Assembly (NCBI GenBank): GCA_965216875.1 | Contig: OZ244207.1 | Span: 6,144,001 to 6,208,000 of the forward strand | Source: Rubripirellula sp. | GTDB lineage: Bacteria > Planctomycetota > Planctomycetia > Pirellulales > Pirellulaceae | Reading direction: 5' to 3' | DNA: 64,000 nucleotides | Shown: in pieces, positions 22,192 through 31,489 of the stretch | Numbering within the stretch: position 1 is the stretch's first letter | How the letters are laid out: every line of letters starts with the position of its first letter | The notes under the pieces: model-generated | Seen by the model: the letters and a program-made list of their open reading frames with translations, nothing else | Databases searched by the model: none | Told to the model about the DNA's origin: nothing | Translations under genes and position numbers: made by a program

Positions 22192-22938
22192 ATGCGTGAC
22201 ACATTCTTAAACAAACTTGATCCCCCGGATCAGCTTTTTCAGCTCCTGGACTGCTTGCCGGGGCTTTCGTTTTTCATGAAAGACCGCGACGGAAGGTTCA
22301 TCGCTCTGAATCAGCGCGGGTGCGAGTATTGCGGGGTTTCCAGCCAGGAAGAGGCGATCGGCATGACCGACCACGACTTCTTTCCCAAGCAACGCGCGGA
22401 TGAATATCGCGCGGACGATGTTGCGGTCATGGAATCGGGCGAAGCGATTGTCAACCGACTCGAAAGCGCACCCGAGTCGGAAGGGTCGCCACGACTTGTC
22501 GTCACCAGCAAGGTGCCGCTGCGCGACAAGCATGGCACGGTGATTGGCATCGCAGGCTTCTCGCGACAAGTCGATCAGATGCGTGCCGCTTCGGGTGACG
22601 TCGATGCATTTACGGAAGTCGTTCAGGTCATGCACGAACGTTACACCGAACGTCTTCCCTCTGAACAGCTCGCGGAAATGGCGGGGGTTTCGATCAGTCA
22701 ATTTGAACGGCGCTTTCGCCGCGCGTTTGGCATGTCGCCTCATCAATACCTAACGCGCATCCGCATCGAACATGCAGCGCGACTGTTGCGCGAATCGGAT
22801 CAATCGATCACCGACATCTCGCATGCAAGTGGCTTTTACGATCACGCGCACTTCAGTCGCACGTTTCGCAAGTTCATGAACTGCGCACCGTCCGCCTACC
22901 GAAGCCAACACAAGATCGCGCAGCACGACGACGACTGA
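22192..22938 (+). CDS. PAS-domain AraC-family transcriptional regulator
   Basis: FFMKDRDGRF PAS fold; C-terminal AraC HTH (FERRFRRAFGMSP...GFYDHAHFSRTF). Start may be ATG 22177. Confidence 0.93.
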   Translation: MRDTFLNKLDPPDQLFQLLDCLPGLSFFMKDRDGRFIALNQRGCEYCGVSSQEEAIGMTDHDFFPKQRADEYRADDVAVMESGEAIVNRLESAPESEGSPRLVVTSKVPLRDKHGTVIGIAGFSRQVDQMRAASGDVDAFTEVVQVMHERYTERLPSEQLAEMAGVSISQFERRFRRAFGMSPHQYLTRIRIEHAARLLRESDQSITDISHASGFYDHAHFSRTFRKFMNCAPSAYRSQHKIAQHDDD

Positions 22939-22999
22939 GCGCGTTGTGCTGGCAGGCGGTAGGCAGAACACAAAGTCTTGGCGAGTGCGAGCTTGCACC

Positions 23000-23914
23000 C
23001 TACTCCGTTTTGCGATTGCGTCTTCTTTGGTAGAGCAATCCGAAAACGAAGACACCGGCCAAGGAGACAACGCTTGATGGTTCCGGCACTGCCGCGACGT
23101 TGTTGAACACGCCAACCCCGGCCGTGCTACCGTCGGAACCATCACCGAGGCGGAAATCGAATCCGCCACTTCCCGAGGTCAACCAAGTATCGAAAATCGG
23201 GTTTCCCATTTCATCGACAAACGATCCGTTGCCGGGAATATCAACCAGCCTTACATACTGGATATCATCAAGCGATAGGGCACCCGACGTCACCAACGGA
23301 TCAGCGGTCAAACTATCGAGGTCAAAAGGCGTGCCAAAGCCGCCAGCGTGTTTGCCTGCCAAATTGTGGACGTTGGAAGGATCGAGTCCCGCAAACGATC
23401 GGCCGAATGGGGTGTACAGTTCCGATTCCAGATTGGTCGCGGTCGATTCAAACCTTGCGAAGTCGATCCCGTTACTTGAAACTTCGACGTAGGCGAGCTC
23501 GGCAAACAAGAACTGCGACTCATCCTCGGGCGTTCCTCCATCATCAAAGAACGAAAACCCGTTCTCGAAAATCACGAAGTCGAATCCCGCACCATTGCGG
23601 ATTCCGCTCGGGAAGGTGACGGTCAAGAATCCGGGATTCACACCGGCAGCGATGTCTGCCGCATCGAGATCACCAAGGCTGTTGACTCCGCCGGTCTGAT
23701 CAATCGTCGTGCTGCCGCGTGGCCCAAAAATCGTTCGCGAAGCATCGATCAAATTCGCCCATTCGGCAAACCTCGGATCATCGATGACGATCGCCGGATC
23801 AATGCTGTGCGCGGTGTCGGAATGCCCCGAATAGATGCCGGCCTGGCTGATGTTTGGCGTTGACAAGGCCAACGCGAACAGCGCGAAACAACGTGTAAAA
23901 ACGTTCCTTTTCAT
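23000..23914 (-). CDS. PEP-CTERM surface protein, candidate cobalamin-binding protein
   Basis: Signal peptide; C-terminal VPEPSS + TM + RRR sorting signal; SLGD, DFVIFEN, ELAYVEVSSNG and GTPFDL motifs; lies downstream of a B12 riboswitch. Confidence 0.85.
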   Translation of the reverse strand: MKRNVFTRCFALFALALSTPNISQAGIYSGHSDTAHSIDPAIVIDDPRFAEWANLIDASRTIFGPRGSTTIDQTGGVNSLGDLDAADIAAGVNPGFLTVTFPSGIRNGAGFDFVIFENGFSFFDDGGTPEDESQFLFAELAYVEVSSNGIDFARFESTATNLESELYTPFGRSFAGLDPSNVHNLAGKHAGGFGTPFDLDSLTADPLVTSGALSLDDIQYVRLVDIPGNGSFVDEMGNPIFDTWLTSGSGGFDFRLGDGSDGSTAGVGVFNNVAAVPEPSSVVSLAGVFVFGLLYQRRRNRKTE

Positions 23915-24065
23915 GACAATACTCACGGAAGATGCGCAGCCGTCCTCACGTTCTTTTACGGAGGAATCTGTTGGTGCGCAATCGATAACAAAGCATCCGG
24001 CATCAACCCATTGGCTGACGCCGCAACGATCGCCCTAACCCTAGAGAGCACTCAATCGTCTAGCT

Positions 24066-24270
24066 TGAGGTAGGTCTTCTGACTCACTGCCCTGATTGCA
24101 CTCCACCTTCTCACTCGCGTTGGCAAGCAATGGCATGAAAGAACGTGCATCCAGCGACGCTTCGAAAGCGTCAAAAGCAGTTTACAGCGGCCGGACCGTC
24201 CCGGAATTTCACCGGAGTTCCCTGTTCATCCATCGCAAAGCTATGCGACGAATCACCACAAACTGACCGA
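24066..24270 (-). ncRNA. Cobalamin (B12) riboswitch
   Basis: Minus strand reads GGT...AACAGGGAActccGGTGaaattCCGG...CCGCTGTAA...GCCATTG...GAGAAGG...AGTCAGAAGACCTACC, the conserved B12-element motifs in order. Boundaries approximate. Confidence 0.93.
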
Positions 24271-24333
24271 GATCATAGTCGGCCATTCGATCACCATCCA
24301 GGGACAAGTCATCAAATCGTCCCATTTGCCGAG

Positions 24334-25911
24334 TCATTCGAAATGGTCCCAATAATCGACGGCTTGCCCGGTGTTTTCGTTGTTGTCTTCAAGGCGTTTG
24401 GCTTGCTCACGCAACAGGCTGCGCATCGATTCGATGCGTTGGGCGTGTTCGCCGTGGATGGAAAGGTCAACGGTTTCCCAGGGGTCTTCATCCACATGAA
24501 ACAGCTGAGTCACTCGTGAACCGGAGACAAAGTCGCCTCGTTGTTTGTCGGCATCGGGGGCGCGAACGTATTCGATCAGCTTATAGCCGTCGTGTCGCAA
24601 CGCTCGTTGATGCTGTCGGTAGGCATGGTACGTGAAATCGCGAATTTGCGACTGCTTGCCTTGGATCACCGATTGCAAACTCTTTCCAGTCATCGACTTT
24701 GGCTTTTCGACACCCGCCAAATCACAGATCGTCGGGCTGATGTCGTGTGTGTAGCAGAGTGCGTCGACGACCTGCCCCCTCGAGTGAATATTGCCACCCG
24801 AAATGATGAAGGGAACATGAACGCCGTCCTCGTCGTAAACGTTCTGCTTGCCCATCAATCCATGGCATCCAACGGCCAAGCCGCTATCACCGGCCAAGAC
24901 GACCAGCGTGTTGTCGTATTGGCCCGTCGCTTTCAAACCTTCCACGACTCGCCCAATTTGTGCATCCAGGTGGGTGATGATCGAGTAATAGTCGGCAAGT
25001 TGTTGCTGGCGATCTTTGAGAGTGCGTGGAAAGGGCGCGAGTTGTTCGTCGCGGATCACCATGTGCCCATTGTCAAACGGATGCTGCGGCATGGTCGAAG
25101 GTGGTAATTTCATCTCATCGACCCGATACATGTCGCGATATTGCTTTGGCGCTTGCCGTGGATCGTGGGGCGCGTGAAACGCCAAGTACATGAAGAAAGG
25201 GTTTGTTGCTTTGTTCGATGCTTGGCGATCTTCAAAAAACTTGATCGCGCTATCGGCAAAGATCTCGGAAGTGTGCGGCCCCGTTGCTTCCGTCGCGATC
25301 GGTCCACGTTGATCGCTCTTGGAAAACGGGCGGCGTCTGACATTGCCATCCTCGTCATACTCCAAAAGGTACGCATCTTGTGGCCGGTACCGTTTTGGCT
25401 CCTCCGTCTTCCAATCCCAGAGCGGCATCCGAAAGTGATCGACCAGGTAGGCGCCGAGCCCCATCACGGTGCGTCCATCATCAAAGCAACGCGCCAGTGA
25501 AGCTTGGTCTTGATGCCACTTGCCAACGATCGCTGTGTCGTAACCGGCCGCCTTGAACGCTTGGCTGATGGTCGTGTGCTCGGCCGGAATCGTTCGACCA
25601 TCGCGATGTAGGTCAAACAAGTTGCGTCCGGTAAGCAGCATCGCCCGACTTGGTACGCACGTCGCCCCCAAGAACGACCCCATCAAATAGGTTCGGCGAA
25701 ACGTGATTCCCTCTTTGGCGAGCGAGTCAATGTTTGGCGTTTGGACTTGGTGACCGCCGAGCGCGCCAACTCCACTGGCACGATGGTCGTCGGTGTAGAT
25801 CAAGAGCACGTTTGGGCGGTCAACGGCGTGGGCCAGTTGCGCAGTGCTCGCGAGGATGGTGACCACGGCCGCCAAGAACGCCAATCGGCGGAGGCTTACT
25901 AAACGATTCAA
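24334..25911 (-). CDS. Sulfatase (formylglycine-dependent), secreted
   Basis: RPNVLLIYTDDH, CVPSR, GKWH, FHAPHDP, HGLMGKQN. TTG start at 25911 with AAGGA RBS. Confidence 0.92.
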   Translation of the reverse strand: MNRLVSLRRLAFLAAVVTILASTAQLAHAVDRPNVLLIYTDDHRASGVGALGGHQVQTPNIDSLAKEGITFRRTYLMGSFLGATCVPSRAMLLTGRNLFDLHRDGRTIPAEHTTISQAFKAAGYDTAIVGKWHQDQASLARCFDDGRTVMGLGAYLVDHFRMPLWDWKTEEPKRYRPQDAYLLEYDEDGNVRRRPFSKSDQRGPIATEATGPHTSEIFADSAIKFFEDRQASNKATNPFFMYLAFHAPHDPRQAPKQYRDMYRVDEMKLPPSTMPQHPFDNGHMVIRDEQLAPFPRTLKDRQQQLADYYSIITHLDAQIGRVVEGLKATGQYDNTLVVLAGDSGLAVGCHGLMGKQNVYDEDGVHVPFIISGGNIHSRGQVVDALCYTHDISPTICDLAGVEKPKSMTGKSLQSVIQGKQSQIRDFTYHAYRQHQRALRHDGYKLIEYVRAPDADKQRGDFVSGSRVTQLFHVDEDPWETVDLSIHGEHAQRIESMRSLLREQAKRLEDNNENTGQAVDYWDHFE

Positions 25912-25912
25912 G

Positions 25913-27526
25913 TTAGTTGTCCTTTCGAAGTGTCTTAAAGCTGTTCTTCGATTTCGCACGGTTGCTGTCCGATACAACAATGTCACGAGAATGCTCGCGA
26001 TCGACAAGAACGAACACATCGCTGTCGCCCGAAGCATGACAATTCCGAATCAAAGCCTCGGAAACGGCCTGCAGCCGGATATCGGACTCGGCGCCCTCGG
26101 CGACGCGCATGGAAACCGCGTTGATATCCAAATGTGCAACGTCGTCGCAAACGATCGCTGGACGTGCGTCGGGATCTTTGGATGAGATTTGCACGTTGTT
26201 CAACGTCAAACCATCGACATGACGAGCATAGATGCCGTGCGTGGGAACGGTTTTGCCAAACCGCACGTATTCGGGCCACCAACCTTCGAGAACTTCGGGC
26301 GTCATCTCATTCAATACGCGTTGCCCACCTGTTTCACTGTCGCCACCACCGCCCGTGACCAGTTGCAAATCACTGATGAGGACATCCTCGATCGAATGAC
26401 CTGGCATGCCGGTGATCATGATTGCCGAATCGGCGCCGCACATCGACGAGTCGACACGAATTCCGTCAAAAACGAACCCCTTCATTTGGTTCATTGGCAT
26501 GAGCTGGTCTTCGGGACTATCGACACACGCTCGCTGCTGGCAAAAGGTCATGAAGATTGGACGGGGAACGTTTTGCATGACGAGATTCGAAAACACCATG
26601 TTCTTCATCGCGCCTCCCTCGCACATTTGAATCTTCAACCCCGAGTCGTCGATATCGCGAAAGACACAGTCGCTGACGGTCACGTTGTTGAAATCGCCAA
26701 GCGACAACAAACCGATTCGAATCCCCGCCCACTTCGATATGAAGATACAGTTGGTGATCGTCACGTTTTCGCAAGGCTGGTCCTTGCGTGAGGCTTGCAA
26801 ACAAATCGAATCATCACTGGTGTCAAACGCGCTGTTGCTGACACGCACATTCTTGCAACCGTCGAAATCAAGCCCGTCGCCGTTGTGATTGACTCGGCTG
26901 CTAATCGTAATCCCGTCAACGACGATGTCGTCACAGTAAAGCCAAGCCGACGTCCACGCGGCGGGGTTCTTGAGCGTGATGTCTCGCATGCGAATCCGCG
27001 AACACTCGACAAAGCGAATCAACATCGGACGATACTTTTTGGGGTCGCCCTTGTTCGGAAAGAGATACTTGTGCCCTGGTTGTCCCAACCGCCCTTCACC
27101 GCCCCGACCATTGATGATCCCGTTACCTTCAATCGCGAAGCCCGTCGCGTTTTTGGCGAAGATCAGGCAACGATCCATGTGCGGCTCGTTCTTGTACATA
27201 TTCTTGTGCGTGCCGGCGGCGTAGTCGGCGATCTTTGTGCTGCCGAGCAGTTCGGCGCCCGCTTCGACCCGCAGTGTCACATGACTCTTCATGTGGATCG
27301 TTCCCGTGACGTATTGGCCGCCCGCAACGAGCACAACGCCGCCCCCTGTTCGACTGCATTGGTCAATTGCCTTTTGGATCGCCTCAGTGCAAACCGTTTC
27401 GCCGTCAGCTACAGCCCCGTAACGACGAATGTCATGCAGCGTCGGTTCATCGGCACTCACTGCGAGACATGCGAAGAGTAGCTGGGTCACAAAAGCAAGA
27501 ACGAGCGGTTGTCGTTTTGAATTCAT
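25913..27526 (-). CDS. Glycoside hydrolase family 28-like (pectin lyase fold)
   Basis: YGAVADG...AIQKAID beta-helix start; NGDGLD and TSDDSIC catalytic-type motifs; signal peptide. Confidence 0.88.
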   Translation of the reverse strand: MNSKRQPLVLAFVTQLLFACLAVSADEPTLHDIRRYGAVADGETVCTEAIQKAIDQCSRTGGGVVLVAGGQYVTGTIHMKSHVTLRVEAGAELLGSTKIADYAAGTHKNMYKNEPHMDRCLIFAKNATGFAIEGNGIINGRGGEGRLGQPGHKYLFPNKGDPKKYRPMLIRFVECSRIRMRDITLKNPAAWTSAWLYCDDIVVDGITISSRVNHNGDGLDFDGCKNVRVSNSAFDTSDDSICLQASRKDQPCENVTITNCIFISKWAGIRIGLLSLGDFNNVTVSDCVFRDIDDSGLKIQMCEGGAMKNMVFSNLVMQNVPRPIFMTFCQQRACVDSPEDQLMPMNQMKGFVFDGIRVDSSMCGADSAIMITGMPGHSIEDVLISDLQLVTGGGGDSETGGQRVLNEMTPEVLEGWWPEYVRFGKTVPTHGIYARHVDGLTLNNVQISSKDPDARPAIVCDDVAHLDINAVSMRVAEGAESDIRLQAVSEALIRNCHASGDSDVFVLVDREHSRDIVVSDSNRAKSKNSFKTLRKDN

Positions 27527-27573
27527 CAATTGGCTCGCAACATATGGAATAGCACTCTCTTGGTTACTCGATG

Positions 27574-27600
27574 TGAGCCGAACGCGCCAGCGTCGGGCCC
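27574..27600 (+). repeat. REP-like arm (family of 15594)
   Basis: TGAGCCGAACGCGCCAGCGTCGGGCCC, 26/27 identical to the arm at 15594. Confidence 0.85.
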
Positions 27601-27834
27601 TAATCCTAGCTGCCGGTAGGCAACAAGGGCACGAGGCCCCACGGCCAGCCGCTCACGCGCACGGCCGTCGCTGAGCAAGCAGTTGCTCTGGTGCACGCTG
27701 CTTTCGCGGAGCGAAAGGCGACGCTGTCGACCAACCCCAAGGAGAAGCTGACGATACCTGGAAAGTGCGCCAGTACCAGTGGGATCCCAAAATCGCTCTG
27801 CACCTCTGGAAAACAAAAAAGCGTCAAGAACCTC

Positions 27835-27868
27835 TTGACACATTCCGATAACGGCATATAAATAAGTC
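27835..27868 (+). promoter_or_regulatory. Sigma70-like promoter with candidate ArsR operator
   Basis: TTGACA at 27835, TATAAA at 27857, imperfect inverted repeat ATTCCG-ataa-CGGCAT between them; ATG follows 6 nt after the -10. Confidence 0.55.
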
Positions 27869-28255
27869 ATGGCAAGATCAGCGACGACAACCGATGCGTT
27901 TAACGCGATTTCTGAAGTACGACGGCGAGAAATCCTTGGGCTCTTGGCCCAGCAGGAGCAGTCGGTCGGCGATCTGGTCGACTCGATGGGACTCACTCAA
28001 CCGCAAGTCTCCAAGCACCTTCGGGTATTGCGCGAGGTTGGACTGGTGAAAGTTCGCGAAGAAGGGCGTCATCGTTGGTATCGCATCGATGCTCAACAGC
28101 TCAAACCGATCTACGACTGGGTTCGCACCTTTGAAGCGTTTTGGGATCACCAACTCTCGTCTGTCAAAGCGCGTGCCGAAGCAAAGGCGCGGTCTGCCAA
28201 CGATCGCGCAAAATCTGGGACTTCCTCACGAAAATCAACAAGAAAAGGGACCTAA
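27869..28255 (+). CDS. ArsR/SmtB-family transcriptional regulator
   Basis: DAFNAISEVRRREIL, QPQVSKHLRVLREVGLV...GRHRWY winged HTH. Confidence 0.93.
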   Translation: MARSATTTDAFNAISEVRRREILGLLAQQEQSVGDLVDSMGLTQPQVSKHLRVLREVGLVKVREEGRHRWYRIDAQQLKPIYDWVRTFEAFWDHQLSSVKARAEAKARSANDRAKSGTSSRKSTRKGT

Positions 28256-28258
28256 TCC

Positions 28259-28702
28259 ATGGTTGCTGCGGCCGAAACTTCACCCACGTCCTTGCGCATT
28301 GAGCGCACCATCGAAATCAACGCTCCCATCGGCATCACATACGAAGTGCTGCTGGCTCAGCTTGGACCTGATAATGAGATGCACGACGGAACGCCAATGC
28401 CGATGAAGTTTGAAGCCTTTCCCGGCGGTCGCTGGTTTCGCGATCTCGGTGATGGCGCCGGTCACTGGTGGGGTTCAGTGCAAGTGATCAAGCCACCTAA
28501 GTTGATTGAAATTCACGGCCCCATGTTCATGTCCTACCCGGCGCTTTCGCACATCCAATACCGGCTGGTCGAAGGTGACGGCCAAACCACGATCCAGTTC
28601 CTTCACCGCGCCATCGGTGAACTCGATCCCAACCATGTCGCTGGCGTCCATCAAGGCTGGGAACATCACCTCGGCAAAATCAAGACTTGCGCCGAGGCGT
28701 GA
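28259..28702 (+). CDS. SRPBCC/AHSA1-domain protein
   Basis: IERTIEINAP, PGGRW, C-terminal GWEHHL; classic ArsR-SRPBCC pairing. Confidence 0.88.
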   Translation: MVAAAETSPTSLRIERTIEINAPIGITYEVLLAQLGPDNEMHDGTPMPMKFEAFPGGRWFRDLGDGAGHWWGSVQVIKPPKLIEIHGPMFMSYPALSHIQYRLVEGDGQTTIQFLHRAIGELDPNHVAGVHQGWEHHLGKIKTCAEA

Positions 28703-28896
28703 TGTTGAGTTCTTGTGCCTTCGTCGAAGCAAAGCGAGCTGTCCTTTTATTGAAAAGGACGCGGGAAAAAAGGCCTCGTGCCTCATCCACCACTGCATGC
28801 TTCCCCCTTTTTTTGCATCAACACATGCCGTTATGGGCATCTCTTTAGTAACGACCACTTCCTTTTCATTGTTTCCCTGTTTGGAGGATTTGCACG

Positions 28897-29409
28897 ATGG
28901 CAACGCAAACTGCATTGTCGATTTCACAACTGGCCATTGAACAGCTCAACGGTTCGCGCCGATTTGTCTTAGGTTTGATCGAAACGCTCACCGACGAGCA
29001 ATTGATCGTTCGCGCAGCAGGTAGCACGGGCAACCATGCACTGTGGGTCATGGGACACCTCGCTCTTGGCGAAGACCGTTTCGTTTCGTCATTTCATGGC
29101 GTCGACGAAGTGCTACCGCAAGAGCACCGTGACCTATTCGATGTTGGTACCACACCAAAGGCTAACGCGGACGACTATCCAAGTCGCGGTGAACTGCTTC
29201 GGCGGCTCGACACGATGCGCGCTCGGACGATTGATTGGGTTGCTGCGATGAACTCTGATTCCCTTTGGCAGCCATCACCTGAATCGCTCGCCCATGTCGC
29301 TCCGAATGCGATTTCGGCCGCCTACACACTGGCCAACCACGACTTCCTGCACGCGGGTCAGCTGGCCACCATCCGAGCCTCACTCGGTATGAAACCGTTG
29401 ATGATGTAG
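28897..29409 (+). CDS. DinB-family protein
   Basis: NHALWVMGHL and HDFLHAGQL metal-binding His motifs. Confidence 0.88.
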   Translation: MATQTALSISQLAIEQLNGSRRFVLGLIETLTDEQLIVRAAGSTGNHALWVMGHLALGEDRFVSSFHGVDEVLPQEHRDLFDVGTTPKANADDYPSRGELLRRLDTMRARTIDWVAAMNSDSLWQPSPESLAHVAPNAISAAYTLANHDFLHAGQLATIRASLGMKPLMM

Positions 29410-29653
29410 CCCCCGGTTGCTGGTCCATGCGGGTGAAGCCTGAAAATGACGGGGCTCCACCCGCGAGCGACCTTGACAGATCGCTTTCTTGATTGCGAAC
29501 GCGTGATGATCGGAAGTGAGCAAAGCACGCCGTCATTGTTTATCTTAGATCAACAAGCTTTGGTATCCAACAACGAACACCTGACTGTTGATCTTCGGCT
29601 GCTCGCTTCGAGACGGCGAACTTCCCTCACAAACGCGAAAGCGATCTTTGTAA

Positions 29654-31039
29654 ATGAGTGCTGTGAACTTGCTCCGTCGTCACGTCGTCCATGCGGCAGT
29701 CGTCCTCTTGCTGGGACTTGCACCCGCCGCATTTGCAAACGCCCAAGAATCATCGGCCGCGCGGTCCGAACAGATCCGCCAGTATATCCGTCTTCTCGGC
29801 GAACACGACAAGTTCATGGGGGCCGTCACGATCTCAATCGACGGCAAGGAATTGGCAAGCGCTCAGACGGGCATCTACTCTCATAGCGATGCATCGTCGG
29901 CGGAATCAAATGCCGAAACAAAGTTTCGCGTCGGCTCGATCACCAAAACTTTCACTGCGGTGATGATTCTGCAGCTCGTCGAAGAAGACAAGCTCTCGCT
30001 CGACACACCGCTCGCAAAGTTCTTTCCCAACATCGGCGATGCTGAAAACATCACGATCGAACACCTGTTGCGACATCGCAGCGGCTTGGGAAGTGTGACC
30101 GACGATCCATCCTATCGAGTTTGGCACACCAAGGCACAAACCCGCGACAAGATGCTCGAACTCATCGCGGCGCAACCGAAACGCTTCGAGCCTGATGAGC
30201 GCACCCAATACAGCAACACAAACTATCTGTTGCTGGGCTACATCATCGAGGCGGTCTCCGAGAAAACTTACGGCGAGGAACTCAAGACTCGCATCGTCGA
30301 TCGACTTGGGCTGAAACACACTGGCTACGCGACCCTTGCCGATGCCGAGCGCAATGTTGCATGTTCGTTTCGATGGAATGGCAAACAGTGGACGCCAAGT
30401 AGCGAAACTCATCCCTCTGTTCCTCACGGCGCCGGTGCGATCATGTCGACGTCGTCCGACCTGGTCCGATTCATCGAAGGTTTGTTCGCGGGTGAATTGA
30501 TCTCGAAGCCAACACTCGACGAAATGACTTCGCTTGTGAATCGCGTTGGATTGGGAATCATGCGAATGCGAGCCGGCGAGACACCTGGGTTTGGACATCA
30601 CGGCGGCATCGACGGATTTCGTTCAACCGTTCAATACTATCCAGAGGATAAAATTGCGTTCGCCGTCGTCGGTAATGGATTCAATTACTCGTCGAACGAC
30701 ATCATTTCTGCGTTGGCCAGAATCGCCTTCGATCTCGAATTCGAAATGCCCTCGCTCGAAGCCTTCGATGTCCCGGTCGAGACCTTGAAAGGGTACGAAG
30801 GCAATTACGCATCGGACGAGATCCCTATGAAGATCACGATCAAGGTCGATGATCAAACACTCACCGCACAAGCCACAGGCCAACCCGCGATTCCCCTTAC
30901 CGCAAGCAGCTCGGTCGACTTTGCCTTCGACGCGGTCGGAGTGAAAATCAGCTTTGACGAATCGGCCAAAGAGTCCGGTGTCGACTCATTCACGCTTCGA
31001 CAGGCGGGCCGCGAGATTCGCTTCTCGAAAGAGAAGTAG
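29654..31039 (+). CDS. Serine hydrolase (beta-lactamase/AmpC-like family), secreted
   Basis: FRVGSITK (SxxK), LLRHRSG, YSNTNY, HHGGIDGF; C-terminal DUF3471-like extension. Confidence 0.93.
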   Translation: MSAVNLLRRHVVHAAVVLLLGLAPAAFANAQESSAARSEQIRQYIRLLGEHDKFMGAVTISIDGKELASAQTGIYSHSDASSAESNAETKFRVGSITKTFTAVMILQLVEEDKLSLDTPLAKFFPNIGDAENITIEHLLRHRSGLGSVTDDPSYRVWHTKAQTRDKMLELIAAQPKRFEPDERTQYSNTNYLLLGYIIEAVSEKTYGEELKTRIVDRLGLKHTGYATLADAERNVACSFRWNGKQWTPSSETHPSVPHGAGAIMSTSSDLVRFIEGLFAGELISKPTLDEMTSLVNRVGLGIMRMRAGETPGFGHHGGIDGFRSTVQYYPEDKIAFAVVGNGFNYSSNDIISALARIAFDLEFEMPSLEAFDVPVETLKGYEGNYASDEIPMKITIKVDDQTLTAQATGQPAIPLTASSSVDFAFDAVGVKISFDESAKESGVDSFTLRQAGREIRFSKEK

Positions 31040-31070
31040 ACATCCTCTCGGAGAGGCCGTGAGTTTCTCC

Positions 31071-31249
31071 TGAGCCGAACGCGCTAGCGTCGGGCCTTAC
31101 AAGGCTCGGGCCTTTCTGGGTTGGTGTGACACAATACCGGTGGCTAGCGGCTTGCGAAAGAGAAGGACGCGGAGCGTCCCAAGAATGCGTTACCACGCAG
31201 AGCGTGGTAACGAGGTGGGCTGTTACCGAGCTTTAGCCGGAATCTTCTC
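31071..31249. repeat. Composite of REP-like elements
   Basis: TGAGCCGAACGCGCTAGCGTCGGGCC (31071-31096); hairpins GGACGC-GGA-GCGTCC (31165-31179) and CGTTACCACGC-AGA-GCGTGGTAACG (31188-31212); a 26-mer at 31224 repeated at 38132. Confidence 0.8.
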
Positions 31250-31489
31250 CCAATCCGCGGAAAGGCGGGGCGACGAACGATACTGACGGCCTTTTCGAGG
31301 CCGCAATTCCCAAAATCGACAAACTCCGTTGTTTTAAGCGAATCCTGAATCAGACTGGTGGGGTTCAATTTCCCAATCCTTCCATTGGAAAATTGCCCCC
31401 ACATTCGGTCGAGGAAGTGCGAAGCGCGCTCCTGATCGTCCCACCTTTCGCGTCGATTTGACTGCCGCTGCTTCGGAGTATTCCTAGGT

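Noticed and set aside
29406..29460. GTAG-headed imperfect inverted repeat after dinB
   Set aside because: Single weak copy; cannot distinguish a REP from a terminator or chance.
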